Positions 13,011-25,560 of a stretch of 64,000 bases of DNA are shown here, piece by piece. The translations under genes and the position numbers were made by a program. A model generated the notes under the pieces. The model was not told the DNA's origin and ran no database searches. It was given only the letters and a program-made list of their open reading frames with translations. Origin of the DNA: Parasitella parasitica NRRL 2501 (taxonomy: Eukaryota > Fungi > Mucoromycota); the NCBI GenBank assembly GCA_025201805.1, contig MU619331.1, positions 6,458 to 70,457 of the forward strand. The letters are read 5' to 3'. How positions within the stretch are numbered: position 1 is the first letter of the stretch; each line of letters begins with the position of its first letter.

Positions 13011-14486
13011 TTATAATTGCGGTGGATGCTGTGGTGGTGTTGCGCTCAAACCAAATAGACTTCCAGAAACTCGTCGAGAAGAATTGCTGTTTCTTTGAAA
13101 ACTGCTGCTAGCAGACGAGCTTACAGAAGGTGATCTACTCGTATTACTTCCTGGAATAGATTGTGGGGAGACGAAACTATGGGACGAATTAATAAAGAGA
13201 GATTCAAATTGATCCAGGCTCAGTGGAGGAATAGAAGTCGAGGCTGTTGGAGTAGCAGACCTTTGAGATGAATTGGAAACAGAGCGACGTCCCTGTATCA
13301 AACCCTTTGAGTCTCTTGCATGTACATCTAGTGTAGATGTTGTTTTTTCATACCTGCTTTTCATGATTTGGCGAAACATGTACTGCTCGGAATACCCGCG
13401 GAACTCGCCTACAGATTATCAAAAGACGGGTTAACGGTTATATTCGGATGTAGGACACGAAACACTCGTATATATATACCCATCATCGATATCTTCAACT
13501 GGCAGATTGTTCTCTTTTCTGAACTGAATCAATTCTGATTTATACTTGTTGCATTGCTGATGTTTCTGATTATCTGCATTGATGTATGTATACATGTCAA
13601 ACGTTAGCAATATTATCAATTAATCAAGTATATCTGGATACTTGCATTCTTTTTCCATCTCCAACGCTCTTGCCCTTAAACTAACCAACTCATGTTTGAG
13701 CACCTCTACTAATCCTGGAGGAGCAGGCAAACCAGGATCACCCATAAGCTGTCTTGATGCCACAGCTGCAGGTGTTGCAGTCGGTGTCGTAGGTCGCTTT
13801 TTGGAGGCACTGCTATTGTGTGTACATGTAAGTTGTATAAAACGGAAAATAATAAGCATACTGCTTGTTTTACCCTATTAATGGAGACGAAATTCCCATA
13901 GAGACTACAGGACTAGCCGGTATCGAAGAAGAAGAAGAGGATCCGTGACGAGACGGAATAGGCGAAGTCTGCTGTTGACGAAGCAGCTCCAATTGCTTCT
14001 GCAATCTGTTTACCATGTATTCTTGCTCTTGTTCCAAAATGTTCTCGAGGTCGATTTTCTCCTTTTGAAGCTTTGATTTCATGGTTAGGCAACGTTGCAT
14101 TATAATGGAACATACAGCCATATTGATACCTGCACTAATTTCTTTTGCAACATGTTGGTCAGCCATTCTTCTTCTTGCTCAACTTGGATTAATAGCTCTC
14201 CTTTTTCTTTTTTTAGTCCTGTTATATGCTTGAGCAGTCTGTTGGATATAGACTCTTCCTCTTGCTCAGTGAAAACTGACATGTCAACTGCAGTTTTCTT
14301 GAGCGACTGATTGTCATTGTGCAAGATGTTGGTGTGCCCTTGCTCCATTTCTAATTCAAATTCCAGCTTTTTGATGCGAGCTGCTTGCTGCCTGTGCTTT
14401 TCATACAGTTTCTTGGCTTCTTCTCGAAGATGATCGATGTTACCAAGGGTGGCAATGTGACGGATGTAGTCGTCCTTGGTTGACAT
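13011..14486 (-). CDS. CCDC6/H4-like (DUF2046) coiled-coil protein, multi-exon
   Basis: Repeated EQEEESISNRLLK / EQEEEWLTNMLQKKL / EQEQEYMVNRLQKQL motif and a Ser-rich tail. Confidence 0.8.
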
Positions 14487-15395
14487 GTCTGAATCAATGT
14501 ATTTCTGAATGTACCCCTCCTTTTTTTTTGTCGTTTGTTATTCATTATTGTCAGTTCCTTTTTTTTTCTTACAATGGATGTTTTACCATAAATGTCAATT
14601 TATCAGAACTAGGATAGTGTGTCGCAGCACACGTGGTTGTACTTTTTGCAAGCTGTTTTTCTTGTTCCACATGCAAAGCGCTCATTTGAAACTCGCTTTT
14701 TTCTTTCTTTATGTGCTGATTTTGCAAATCTGTGGGCACAAATCTTCAGGGGGGGGGGAGAGTAGGAATTCCGATAAATTTGTATAAAAGTGGATAAACT
14801 ATATTCTAATAAACCAATCTAAAGCAGAATTGCTTTATGTCCAAAGGGCAAACTATACGGGAAGAAAGGGGGGCAGTGAGAGGGCTACTGAGAAGAGGGT
14901 ATGGTGTTGAGAGTTGACAAAAATCCAGGGGAAGTTGAATGTACTACAAAGAAAATGAAAAAGAAAGAGAAAAGAGGAAAGAGAAGAACCTGTGTGCTGT
15001 GTGTGTGTGTGTAATATTTCTTGCTTAAACTGCATCCTAGCATCGTCTACAGATGTTGGTCAGAAGGCTTTATGGACACCCTCACGTCACTGGCTAGTGT
15101 ATAAAACTTGTAAACAAAATATAAATGAAGCAATTGATACCATTATTTATACGGCACATGTACAACCAATGCATCCCAAAGACAGAATATACACTATATT
15201 TTAGTGTATCTGCCTAGGGGAAAGGGCATGCCGACTCCTAAATGGTAAATTTAGATACAGTACATCCTCACCATCCTCATCATATTAATAGCATCAGCAT
15301 ATATTGAATAATCTCATCAGCAAAACCAAATATAATGCATCAGTTTTGTTTTTTCTTTGCTTTTTCATTTCTTTCTTCCTCTACCTTTATTTAAA

Positions 15396-15777
15396 ATGAA
15401 CACTTCTGATAGCTGCGAAATCTGCGCCCGAAAGGTTTATGTCATTGAAAAGGTAGAAGCCAATAACCGTGTCTATCATAAGGGCTGTTTCAAGGTAAAG
15501 AATGGATTTTTTGTTTGTCCTGGATGGACGGCAGTTTAATTAAACACTGTAAACTATAGTGCAAAGAAAACGGCTGTAGACTGACAATTGCAAATTTCCA
15601 CTACCATAATGGCGAACTATTCTGTCCAAAGCATGTCCCAAAGCTTCAAGCAGTTGTCATCCAAAGTATGTTTCCAGTATCGGCTTAGACTCTATATACT
15701 ACTTCATACTAATTCCAAATCGACTTGTAGCAAAAAAGAGAGCATTATCATCAGAGTTTAATTTAGGTCGTCTTTAG
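15396..15777 (+). CDS. Small single-LIM-domain protein (3 exons)
   Basis: CEICARKVYVIEKVEANNRVYHKGCFK|CKENGCRLTIANFHYHNGELFCPKH, spliced across a GT-AG intron. Confidence 0.85.
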
Positions 15778-15917
15778 AGACAGAGATTTCAATATATAAT
15801 AGCAATAAATTTCATCATAATACATTTATATCAGAGTGAAAAGCGTATAAACGATGCATTTGATTTATTTACAAGTACAACAATTGTAAACAGTTGATAG
15901 AAAAATAAAAAGATGGC

Positions 15918-17882
15918 TTATACATCTTGTTCTTCTTCTGGTACCATTAATTCCTCAATCTCCTTGGTATCAGGGATCTCCAGGGGTATATATATCAAGT
16001 AGACTACAAAGGAAAAATACATGGCACAGAAAACCACTACGTACAAAGGCCATTGCAATTCATCGAGATAGTTGATAACAAGATGCACATTGAATGCAAT
16101 CACAACAAACGAAATGATCCAACACACAATGTTTGTGGTGATTGAATTCTTGAATACCTTGGTCATTACTTGCTGCGATGCCGTTAGTTTTAATATGGGG
16201 ATAACCGCTGTGGGAAGGCACAAACTATCCAGTTGTATGATTTAATAAATGGCTTATTATTTTAATAAGATACGCAACGCATTACCTCTGAAGTACATTT
16301 AAGAATTCACCCATAGTATCAAATCGATCCACAGCTAATACAGCTACTAGCATGCTAGGCACCAACGCAACTGCACGAGTTAATGCAACTCGATGCCATT
16401 GCTTTTTAAATATAGCTCCCAAAAATCCTTCTACGACCTGTGTATAGAAGCGTTGGTCTTAGTAAACTTTGTACTGCATTTAATATGTATAAACACTTAT
16501 GGCGAAACTTACGTACTGGCCTGCGAGTGTACCAGTCATGGTAGAACATTGGCCAGCTGCTAATAGCCCCAATGCCCAAAAATATTTCGCACTTTTGCCC
16601 AGTGTGTTTGAGAGAACTTCAGAAGCATCGTATAAGCCGGGTAATTGAGTGATTATTTGACCAGGTTTGTAAAATACTTGCGCAAACACTACAACAACAG
16701 CTAGGTTGATCAAATAGGACACAAATAGCGAAATTGTGGATTCAATTGCAAAGTAAAAATTGGCCTCCCTCTTTTTATTCTCTGTAGGAGTCGTTCCGAG
16801 ATAACGAGACATTACAAGTGCACTAGTTTGAGAAGAACAAGTAAGTGTGTATACCATATATATAATGTGTCCGTATAAATTTAATCAATCAAGTTGTAAA
16901 TATCTATACCTATGCAAAAACATATTGTGCGGCATAATCACAGCTCCCACCATGCCAACAGCTTGCACCTTTGCTTCAGCTGGAATCTCAGGCACCAAAA
17001 TGCCTCTGATAATCGATTCAATGCTAGGATGAGACGCAAACATTTCCAGCCAAAAGCAGCCAATCATAACACCAATCAATGAAATGAAGAATATCTCAAC
17101 TTTGCGAACGCCATATTGTTGTAGCCCCATGAAAAGAAATGTGTCTGTGGCCGTAATCATGACGCCAATCCACAATTGAAGTCGAAATATGATTTTCAAC
17201 GCAATCGCTGTGCCAATAATTTCCTGGATGTCGGAACCGATGATGGCACATTGAGTAAACAGCCAAATGGCTACGGATGTTGGTCTATTGTAGTTTCTTC
17301 TGATGAGTTGAGCAAGATGGCTCTGTGTCACAACACCTAATCTGAGTGATAGAATCTGGATTGCCAAACCTGATGAACCGCATGTGGTGTTAGCATACAT
17401 GATGTTCACAACATATTCTTGTGATGCTTTACATTACCCGCAACATGAGACCAGAATAAAAGCCATAGCAACTTGTATCCTGCGATGGATCCCGCTTGCA
17501 AATCCGATTCAAGGTTTCCAGGATCCAAATATGCGATAGCCCTATATGTCAGATGATTTTAGTATAAAGCGAGACTAAATAGAAAAAATATATCTTGAGT
17601 TAGATTATTTACATTAGCCAGCCTATGGGTTACAATAAAAAAATCAATTCAGCAATATGAATATAATCTGTTTGTATATACTTTACCAGGGCCAGTGTAC
17701 TGCAGTAGTTTTTTGAATGAAAACGAATTCAATTCTTCTTCAGCGCCAGTGTTCACTTGTCCTTTGACGTCTATTTCTACATTCCAGTCGTAAGAGTTGT
17801 GTTCATTTGCTGTCTGGTAGCTATTTTGTGTGTCTTGAAGTAGCCTTGAAGTCTCTACAGTTTGGTCGCTTGATAATGACAT
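15918..17882 (-). CDS. NRAMP divalent metal transporter, multi-exon
   Basis: [51 protein letters not shown] and [16 protein letters not shown]. Confidence 0.93.
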
Positions 17883-18898
17883 ATTTCTAATGATATTCTA
17901 TGTAAAAGAGAAAGAAAACACATAAAAATAAGATTCAATTTTGAACTTGAATTTCGTCATGCTTTACATCTTAATTGGTCCCTGAATACACTCCTCCTCC
18001 CGCCTTATAGTCTCATGTTGAGACGTTGAGCCCGCAGATACGGTATACATGTACGCTTGCACAAAATCTACCAGCTGTTATTATAATAAAGTGAATAAGC
18101 CATTCATCATAGGACACAAACAGATATGGCGTGTTGTGTGATACTGTATTTACTCATTTTTTGTATACTACACTATATAACGGTATATTTGGTTTCACTC
18201 CTGCTACTATATAAATGGAATGCTGTATATCCATTTAATTTGGCTCCTTGAATCAGATATTTTTCATATAGTATACTAAGTAACAACAAAGCTACCAGTT
18301 CAAAGGTGGGTCTTGTATAAATGTCTATTGATGCCAATGCATTAGCCCGCTTATCATGTAACAAGTATAAATAAGCACTCTATTTATTCAAGAATACATT
18401 TTTAGATGCGAGCCATCACTCAGATAATCTTGGCTTCATGAAATATCTAAGTTTAAGCCTTATTTGTGTGCTTTATTTTAAAAAAAACAAACTACCTCCA
18501 ATCTTGGTTTCAAGAATGATTTGAGTTGTGCCAGATCTCCATAAGGGGATGGTAGATGATTGTATATAGTACTCAATGTGCTAGAACGAGACCTGACGCG
18601 CAGTAAATTTTTGCATAAATATTCTGTTTGACCGATTCAAAAATAGTTTTGATGTACTGATAGCGCAATAAATAAATAAATAAAAGAAGCATTCTAATTC
18701 ATTTTTCGCATATTTCTCATCTAATTTGATCCTTGCATTTATTTAAAATACAATATATCAGTCAAATTATGTATTCGAGCTTTATTATACCAAGTGAGCG
18801 AATGGCCTGAGATGGCCACATTATCTTTAGTAACGTCCTAAAAAAGATAAACGTTGATCTAATTGTTTTGTCCATAGAAACCATTATTTTAATCCCGT

Positions 18899-19225
18899 TG
18901 TCATGGTGATCGTTCCTGACCGGATCTAAGGTTTAGTGTCGCCGGTGATTACATAATCGATTGCGAAGGTAACTTGGCACGATTATATTGATTTGCTGCT
19001 TGAGTGTAAATAGGTCTTGATCTGGCAATAATAATATTGTGTTATAATCTTGTTTAACAAAACGATCTGACTATATTCATAGATTGATTCATACTGATTT
19101 ATTTTATATAAATAGAGGACTCTTCTTACCATTCAATAAAATCGTTAGTTTTGTGTCTAGTAAGTTAAGAGTCTTTGTTACTTTCCCAATTTTGCAACAA
19201 GAGTACTACTTAACGTAGCGTAACA
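18899..19225 (+). mobile_element. Probable solo LTR (family C)
   Basis: Starts TGTCA and ends TAACA, with internal TATATAAATAG followed by AATAAA. The first ~32 nt are similar to the 62459 element. No TSD seen. Confidence 0.45.
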
Positions 19226-19479
19226 GTTACGCATAAAAGTAGTTTGACCTAGCCTATGGTTAAAAAAATATTACTCTAGTATTTTAATAAAGGTATATTC
19301 TTCGTTCATCTATAAATCCCACCTCTGGGAAATAAAAAAGATTTCAGAAAGTTGACCCGAAGCACTGTAGGCGTATGATTAAGCCTTAAAATCCCCCCCC
19401 CCTTAAACACATGGCTAGAACCTTGCATCTATATGGATTCAATTATTTTTGGTATTTGTTCATTTGTACGAGTATTTTC

Positions 19480-19700
19480 GTCCTTGGTACATGTTGGATT
19501 GTCAAATACCACTTGGTGGTAACATCTACCAGCAGTTTCTACCGTATTGAGAAACACTACTTTTTTGATCAGACAATTCCCAGTGACTTCATATCACTTG
19601 AACTTTTGCATGATGCTTCGCAAAGAAAACCTTTGCTTCTCCTTGTAAAAGTCCAAACAAGCATAAAATGGATACAGACGAAGCTTTTTTAAATCCTGTA
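19480..19700 (-). mobile_element. Possible hAT transposase relic
   Basis: Stop-ridden frame SDQKK*CF...KLLVDVTTKWYLTI resembles the hAT motif (SPQR..F ... KL..DV.TRWNST). Confidence 0.35.
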
Positions 19701-20142
19701 AAGTACATATATTACACCCAAATCTGCACACCCAACTAATTTCCACTGATAGGATACCGTTTTAAGCATCTTCAAAAGCTCATTCAAGAATAAAAATTCA
19801 AAAAGTATATTTCTAACTTTATACACGAAAAGATTCGAAAAAAACTGATTTTGTGTACACTCAGTCAACAAAGAAGCACTCCAGCTTTCTTGTGAGTTTT
19901 TGCGGCTATTTACAATAGGTATCCTGTCTTGTCGTCATACAATGCATATGAAACTGATGCGTTAGTCCATTAGAGGCTGTTCATCGAGCTTCAGAGGAAC
20001 AAGATAACCTCAATAAATCAGCTTTAGAAGAACAGGGCAGTTCAAACCAAAGAAAGAAGCTCGAATTGGAGAATTTGGAGAGAATATTACCACAGCTTTT
20101 ATTAGATTTTTAAAGATGTAGGTAAAAATAAACAAAAAGGTT

Positions 20143-22224
20143 TTATCTGCTGCCGACATACGACGATCGACTACTGCTATTGCCACCTGCGGCATTGGCG
20201 CTCCTGCGACTAGTCTTTCGGCGCAAAGACCCACCGCCAGCACCACTACCAGAACTAAAATTGATATTATGAAGACCCATATGGTGAGGATGTGGATGTG
20301 GAGGTCCCATTTCGCCATACATGTTCAACATTGAATTAGGTGGCGGTGGTGGCGGCGGTGGTGGTGGAGGTGGTGGTGGATGATGATGATGTCCTCCCAT
20401 CATATGTGGATGCGGGGGCATTGGAGGAGGTCCACTCAGTGACATTTGATATAGCATTGCCCTAAAGTCTTCGTCATCTGCTTCGTCCAGTTGACGGAAT
20501 ACGTCTTCAGGCTCCTCATCGGAAGCACTCAATTTATGTGATTTACTAGATTTTGTATTGCGATGAATAGATGATCTTCTTGAATGGGGTAGCGATTCAG
20601 TATAAGGAGAAAGGTCATTCATCATCCAAGGCTGTGGCGGCGGTGGAGGTGGTAATGGAGGCCCCTGCTGTCGGCCATACATGGGCATCATACCTGGGTG
20701 TGGTGGACCTGACATGAATGGGTTTGGTGGAGGTGGAGGTGGTGGCGGCGGCGGCGGTGGTGGTGGGGGGTGCATTGAGGGAGGAGGCCCATATCTGGCA
20801 CTGCTTGATCTTTGGCTCGAATAAAAGCCATTCATAGCAGCAGCCATTGCTTCATCTTCCATAGCAGCAGTATTCTCATCCGCATGACAAAAATCTAGCT
20901 CATCACCAGTCTCTTCTTCATCCGGGAATTCTCGATTATATGGCGAATTACCATAGTGATGCCGCATGTACATCATTCGATCATACCCGCCACTGCTTCT
21001 GTTTGATTTATCTTTGGGCGGCGGGCCATAATACATGCGTCTGTCCATCATATATGGAGGCATAGGAGGTGGTGGAGGCACTATGCCATAAAGGCTATTA
21101 TCCATCATGTCGTATTGGGGAGGATAGAATCTTCTCTGCTGATGATAATGGGGCGAATAGTCATCAAATGAACGTCTTTTTTCCTTGCTTTTATTGTTAA
21201 ATTCAGAATGGCGGTAGCCATCAGGTGACCCAGGTGCGTAATGGTGTTCCATTGCGGGTGCACCTCGATCATCTGGGGGAGCAGTGTTTTCCTCGTCATT
21301 GTTATGTTGCTGCTGCTGTTGCTGGCCTCTTTTTGTACTAGATCTTGATTTATAGTATGAAGCATGTCTTTTGCCGCTGCTGTATGGCCTGGATATGTCG
21401 GCAGCATTCAGTTGATATTCATCGTTCTTGAGCTCCTCCAGATAGTTGGCTCTCGCAGTAACATGCCGAAGCCGGCGCTGCAGTTCCATTACCTCCATTT
21501 GCAGCAAATAATTTTCTTCCATGATTGCGTGTATGTCTTGAACAGACAATTGATCTGTGCGGAATGGCATTGGAGGTCGCATTGACGACGATTTGTAAGA
21601 GCTGCTTTTGTTGCCACTGCCATGACGATTAGGATGGTTTTGTTGGTGCTTATGGTACTGAGGCGATGGCGGTTGTCCTGCTGCTGACCTTTGCATGGAC
21701 GGTGCTGGATGATCGTAGACTTCTTTTTGTTGATCATTGTTGTGGTTGTTTTTAGATCTTTTACTGTCTGACTGGTTACTGCTGTTATTGTTGGGTATTT
21801 CGGTACCGGCACCGGTGGCGGCGGCGGTGGTGGTGGTGCCTGCCGAATGGTTTGGCTCATTATTGAACGAAAAGTGTCGAATCATTGATTCGACATTAGT
21901 GGAAGGGGCGTTCAAGACATTCTTGATATCTGACGAAGAAATACCCCTTCTGCTTTGCGAGGTTGCTGAGGATGATGCAGTCATCGTAGGTGGGTTCTTG
22001 TGCTGCCTTAGTTGATCACTATCCATCCAAGAATTAGATGGGGCAGAGCTGGATAAAGGTTGATTGCTAACAAAATTATCCTTTGTAGATGTACCGGCTC
22101 TGCTATTCTTTGGCTGATGGTTTAGCTCGTAGTCGTAATATTTTCTGGCATCTTCTTTTGGGTCTTCTGTCATCATTCTTTGCTGCTGTTGTTGTTGTGT
22201 ATTGATAGCATTTTCTTTTGACAT
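20143..22224 (-). CDS. Low-complexity Pro/Met/His-rich protein with a short coiled coil
   Basis: 2-kb intronless ORF, likely starting at MSKENA (22224). Coiled coil IMEENYLLQMEVMELQRRLRH and poly-Pro tracts. Function unknown. Confidence 0.75.
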   Translation of the reverse strand: MSKENAINTQQQQQQRMMTEDPKEDARKYYDYELNHQPKNSRAGTSTKDNFVSNQPLSSSAPSNSWMDSDQLRQHKNPPTMTASSSATSQSRRGISSSDIKNVLNAPSTNVESMIRHFSFNNEPNHSAGTTTTAAATGAGTEIPNNNSSNQSDSKRSKNNHNNDQQKEVYDHPAPSMQRSAAGQPPSPQYHKHQQNHPNRHGSGNKSSSYKSSSMRPPMPFRTDQLSVQDIHAIMEENYLLQMEVMELQRRLRHVTARANYLEELKNDEYQLNAADISRPYSSGKRHASYYKSRSSTKRGQQQQQQHNNDEENTAPPDDRGAPAMEHHYAPGSPDGYRHSEFNNKSKEKRRSFDDYSPHYHQQRRFYPPQYDMMDNSLYGIVPPPPPMPPYMMDRRMYYGPPPKDKSNRSSGGYDRMMYMRHHYGNSPYNREFPDEEETGDELDFCHADENTAAMEDEAMAAAMNGFYSSQRSSSARYGPPPSMHPPPPPPPPPPPPPPPNPFMSGPPHPGMMPMYGRQQGPPLPPPPPPQPWMMNDLSPYTESLPHSRRSSIHRNTKSSKSHKLSASDEEPEDVFRQLDEADDEDFRAMLYQMSLSGPPPMPPHPHMMGGHHHHPPPPPPPPPPPPPPNSMLNMYGEMGPPHPHPHHMGLHNINFSSGSGAGGGSLRRKTSRRSANAAGGNSSSRSSYVGSR

Positions 22225-22588
22225 GGTCAAATGAAAAAGAGAGAGAGAAAAAAAGGTAAGCTGTAAAAATGTAAAGGTGTAAAAAAAAAAATAAGAGAAA
22301 TGGAAGAGAAGAGAAACAGTTCTAAAACTAGTTGTTTGTTTACATTTATATTCTCTCAAAGATACAAAGATCCTCACATTGCTGTAATCTGATCACAGGT
22401 GACAAAATCACTTCCAGGCACATGTCCAAATATGGAGCAACCGAACACCCTTATAAACGTTCGGTCCGGATCTATTTGAAGCCATAGTTTCAAGGTTATT
22501 CTCACTCAGCGAGAACGTACAAGCAATTGAGCGTATTGAAAACCATAGTACCTCCTCTTTCAGCTCCCATAAGCACCCATTTTGAACA

Positions 22589-23383
22589 ATGAAGTAATGT
22601 ATCACTCTCTATCGAAAATGAGAGACATCCATGATATCGACATTAGATTATGCTGCATGATTGAATTGTGGATGGATGAAATATAAAATTTTACTAGATG
22701 GATTCTAACATGGATTCATATCCAATTTTTTTGTGTTGTTTAAAGGCTTGAGATTTGCTCCTTCTCTGGTCACAAGATTTATCCTGCCAAGGGTAAGACC
22801 TACGTCCGCATCGACTCTAGGTAATTTACGAGATCAAACAGTTGTAGCCACTGCATAACTAACATTTTATCTATAGAGTAAGAAATCAACATACTCAAGT
22901 TTGAGTACAATTCTAATTTTTTTTTTTTTAATGCTGTACAGATTTTCCGTTTCATCAACGGTAAGGCCGCCTCTTATTCCCTTCAACGCTTGAACCCTCG
23001 CAAGATCAGATGGACCGTCATCTACCGTCGTTTGAACAAGAAGGGTATGGCTGAGGAAATCCAAAAGAAGCGTGCTCGTCGTACCGTCAAGCACGAACGT
23101 GCTGTTGTTGGTGCCTCTTGGGATGCCATCCGTGCCAAGCGCAACCAAAAGCCTGATGCTCGTGCTGCTGCTCGTCAAGCCGCTATTTCCAAGTCCAAGG
23201 ATGCCAAGAAGGCTGCTGCTGCTGCCAAGAAGGCTGCTAACCCTGCCGTAAGTTGATTGATTTTTTGTGGGAAATAGGCCAATCTCTCATATTTTTCTAT
23301 TTGTGTATTAGGGCTCTCAAGCCAAGGTTAGCAAGCAACAAGCCAAGGGCTTCGCCCCTAAGGCCGCTGCCACCTCTCGCTAA
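22589..23383 (+). CDS. RPL24: 60S ribosomal protein L24 (eL24); exons 22589-22593, 22746-22820, 22877, 22942-23247, 23312-23383
   Basis: [35 protein letters not shown]...NPRKIRWTVIYRR...AATSR. The frame requires a 1-nt exon at 22877. Confidence 0.95.
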
Positions 23384-23730
23384 ATTGCTTACATCCGACA
23401 ATTTTAAAATTATGAATAAAAAATGTAATGCATTGTTTATTTAAGCCAACTTTTTGACAGTTTGCCACTATGCATTATGGAGAAATGGTGGTTTTTGATG
23501 AGAAATCATACAGGTTCGTTACTCATATCGTGGCGGTATGCTTAATCACATTTAAAATGTGCTGCCATGCAACAGATAGTTTGTTTTACATGCAGAAATA
23601 CAAGGACATTGTACACTTATAGCGTCTCACGGCTACGGCTAGGCAGATATTGAGGATGGCTTTTATTTTGTGAACAAAACAGTGCAGTAACCCAACCGCC
23701 ACTGTCCAGGCGATATTCTTCAGAGACAAT

Positions 23731-24770
23731 TTAACGACCTATTGACAGTTTTAGTTAGTAAAAAGCATGTAAAATACCACTGACATGTGCATTTAAACTT
23801 GCCCATCCATCCACCATCAACAACAAGCAATTCCCCATTGACATAATTGCTTGCTTGACTAGCCAAGAATACAAGGGGGCCCTTCAAATCTTCTGATTTA
23901 CCATAACGCTGGGCAGGAATACGAGCTAAAATGTCGTGGTTGCGAGTTTTATCATTTCTCAAGGCATCTGTCATGTCAGTAGCAATATAGCCTATATCAT
24001 ACAGACGTGTCTATTCGCATTAGTACAAATTCCAACACAACGGACACTTTTATAGCATTACCTGGTGCAATGGCATTGACATTGACGTTAAACTGTGCCC
24101 ATTCGTTTGCCAATGCTTTAGTTAGCGTTGCAACACCACCTTTTGATGCTGCGTAAGACACAACGTTGAGACCTCCTTGGTAGCTCATTAAGCTGGCAGT
24201 GTTGATGATCTTGCCGGATTTCTGTGCGATCATGTGCTTGCCTGCCGCTTGAGACAAGGCGAATACAGACTTTAAATTGCATTGCATCACTGAATCCCAA
24301 TCTTCTTCTAAAAAGTCAACAGCTCTTAAGCGCGTATACGCACATGAATAAGATTTTAACATATCATAATTACGAGAGAACAAAATGGTTTCTTACGGCT
24401 TTCGTTTTACAATGCCTGCATTGTTTACTAAAATATCTAGTCTACCATCAAACTTGCTAAGGACTGATGGAATGCAGTTTTGAATACTGGATTGATCGTT
24501 AGCATCCAAAAAGACGATATGGCACTGGCGTCCAAGGGCAATGATTTCAGTATATACACTGAGATCTTGTGTGTTTCTTTGCAGCAAACAGACATCTAGA
24601 GTAGAACAAATTGTCAGCAATAGTACGCATACGTCACGAACGTTGTGGATGAAAGCACACTTACCGGCACCAGCCTCTGCCAACGCAACTGCCATGTCAC
24701 GACCAATACCTCTAGTGCAGCCTGAAATAGCTGCTACTTTGCCATCAAGAGAAAACAGATCTTTGCTCAT
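23731..24770 (-). CDS. KduD-like short-chain dehydrogenase (2-deoxy-D-gluconate 3-dehydrogenase family), multi-exon
   Basis: [41 protein letters not shown] and VDGGWMGR*. The last intron is GC-AG. Confidence 0.9.
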
Positions 24771-24797
24771 ACTTATTGATAGGATGTAATCTTGATG

Positions 24798-24887
24798 NNN
24801 NNNNNNNNNNNNNNNNNNNNNNNNNNNNNNNNNNNNNNNNNNNNNNNNNNNNNNNNNNNNNNNNNNNNNNNNNNNNNNNNNNNNNNN
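24798..24887. other. Assembly gap (N run)
   Basis: Run of N followed by poly-A. Confidence 0.99.
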
Positions 24888-25099
24888 AAAAAAAAAAAAA
24901 AAAAAGAAAAAGTAGCTTACAAATTACTTTGTTGAGCTTTTGGGGCACTAGCGGGCAATAATTAGCCTCTGTTTTTGCTGTAATACCGTATGTGTGTGGG
25001 GTTCCGAGAATACATCACCCACAGTTTATTACAGTTTGTCTCGGGACCTTTAATCCCAAATTAAGATTGAAGATCGCTGTTATTTATATATCCATCAAA

Positions 25100-25560
25100 A
25101 TGATCATTTATTTACCTTACCAATTCCGGGCAATACTTTCCTTCAAACCACGAGGCTTTGAGAGAAGATTTTTTCTTGCTGATGTACCATTAGATGCCCC
25201 GTTGAACAAAAGTGCAATTCGTATACTGTTGCGCGCGTACCGACGAGGTATTTCGTATCTTGCTCTGCCACAGAGTCGCATTCATCATTATCATACGCTA
25301 TTGGTGTAGCAAGCTAAATTCCAAAAGCGAATTTGGTTGTAATACCGTTTATTGCTATAGCTACTAGGATAGTATGCGTTATACCACGAGTAATATGTGC
25401 TTCCACTATTGCTGACATACCACTGATTGAGCAGGTATTGGAACTCTTCATATTGATGTTGGAGCCAGTTTCGCCCAAGAAGGTGCAATCATCGAGACAT
25501 TTTACATCCGTAATTTCTGCCCATTTCGAGCCAAAGATTGCTCTAAGGTCAGGCTGACGT
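25100..25560 (-). mobile_element. Degenerate Tc1/IS630-like transposase fragment
   Basis: KWAEITDVKCLDDCTFLGETGSNINMKSS..SISGMSAIVEAHITRGITHTILVAI matches the Mucorales IS630-Tc1 pattern (NCVFIDESGFNINM...TRA.SHTILGAI). The catalytic D is lost and stops are present. Confidence 0.65.

Noticed and set aside
22625-22680. Box C/D snoRNA in RPL24 intron 1 (CATCC..GGATG ends, ATGATA)
   Set aside because: Poor C box, no CTGA D box and no recognisable rRNA guide.
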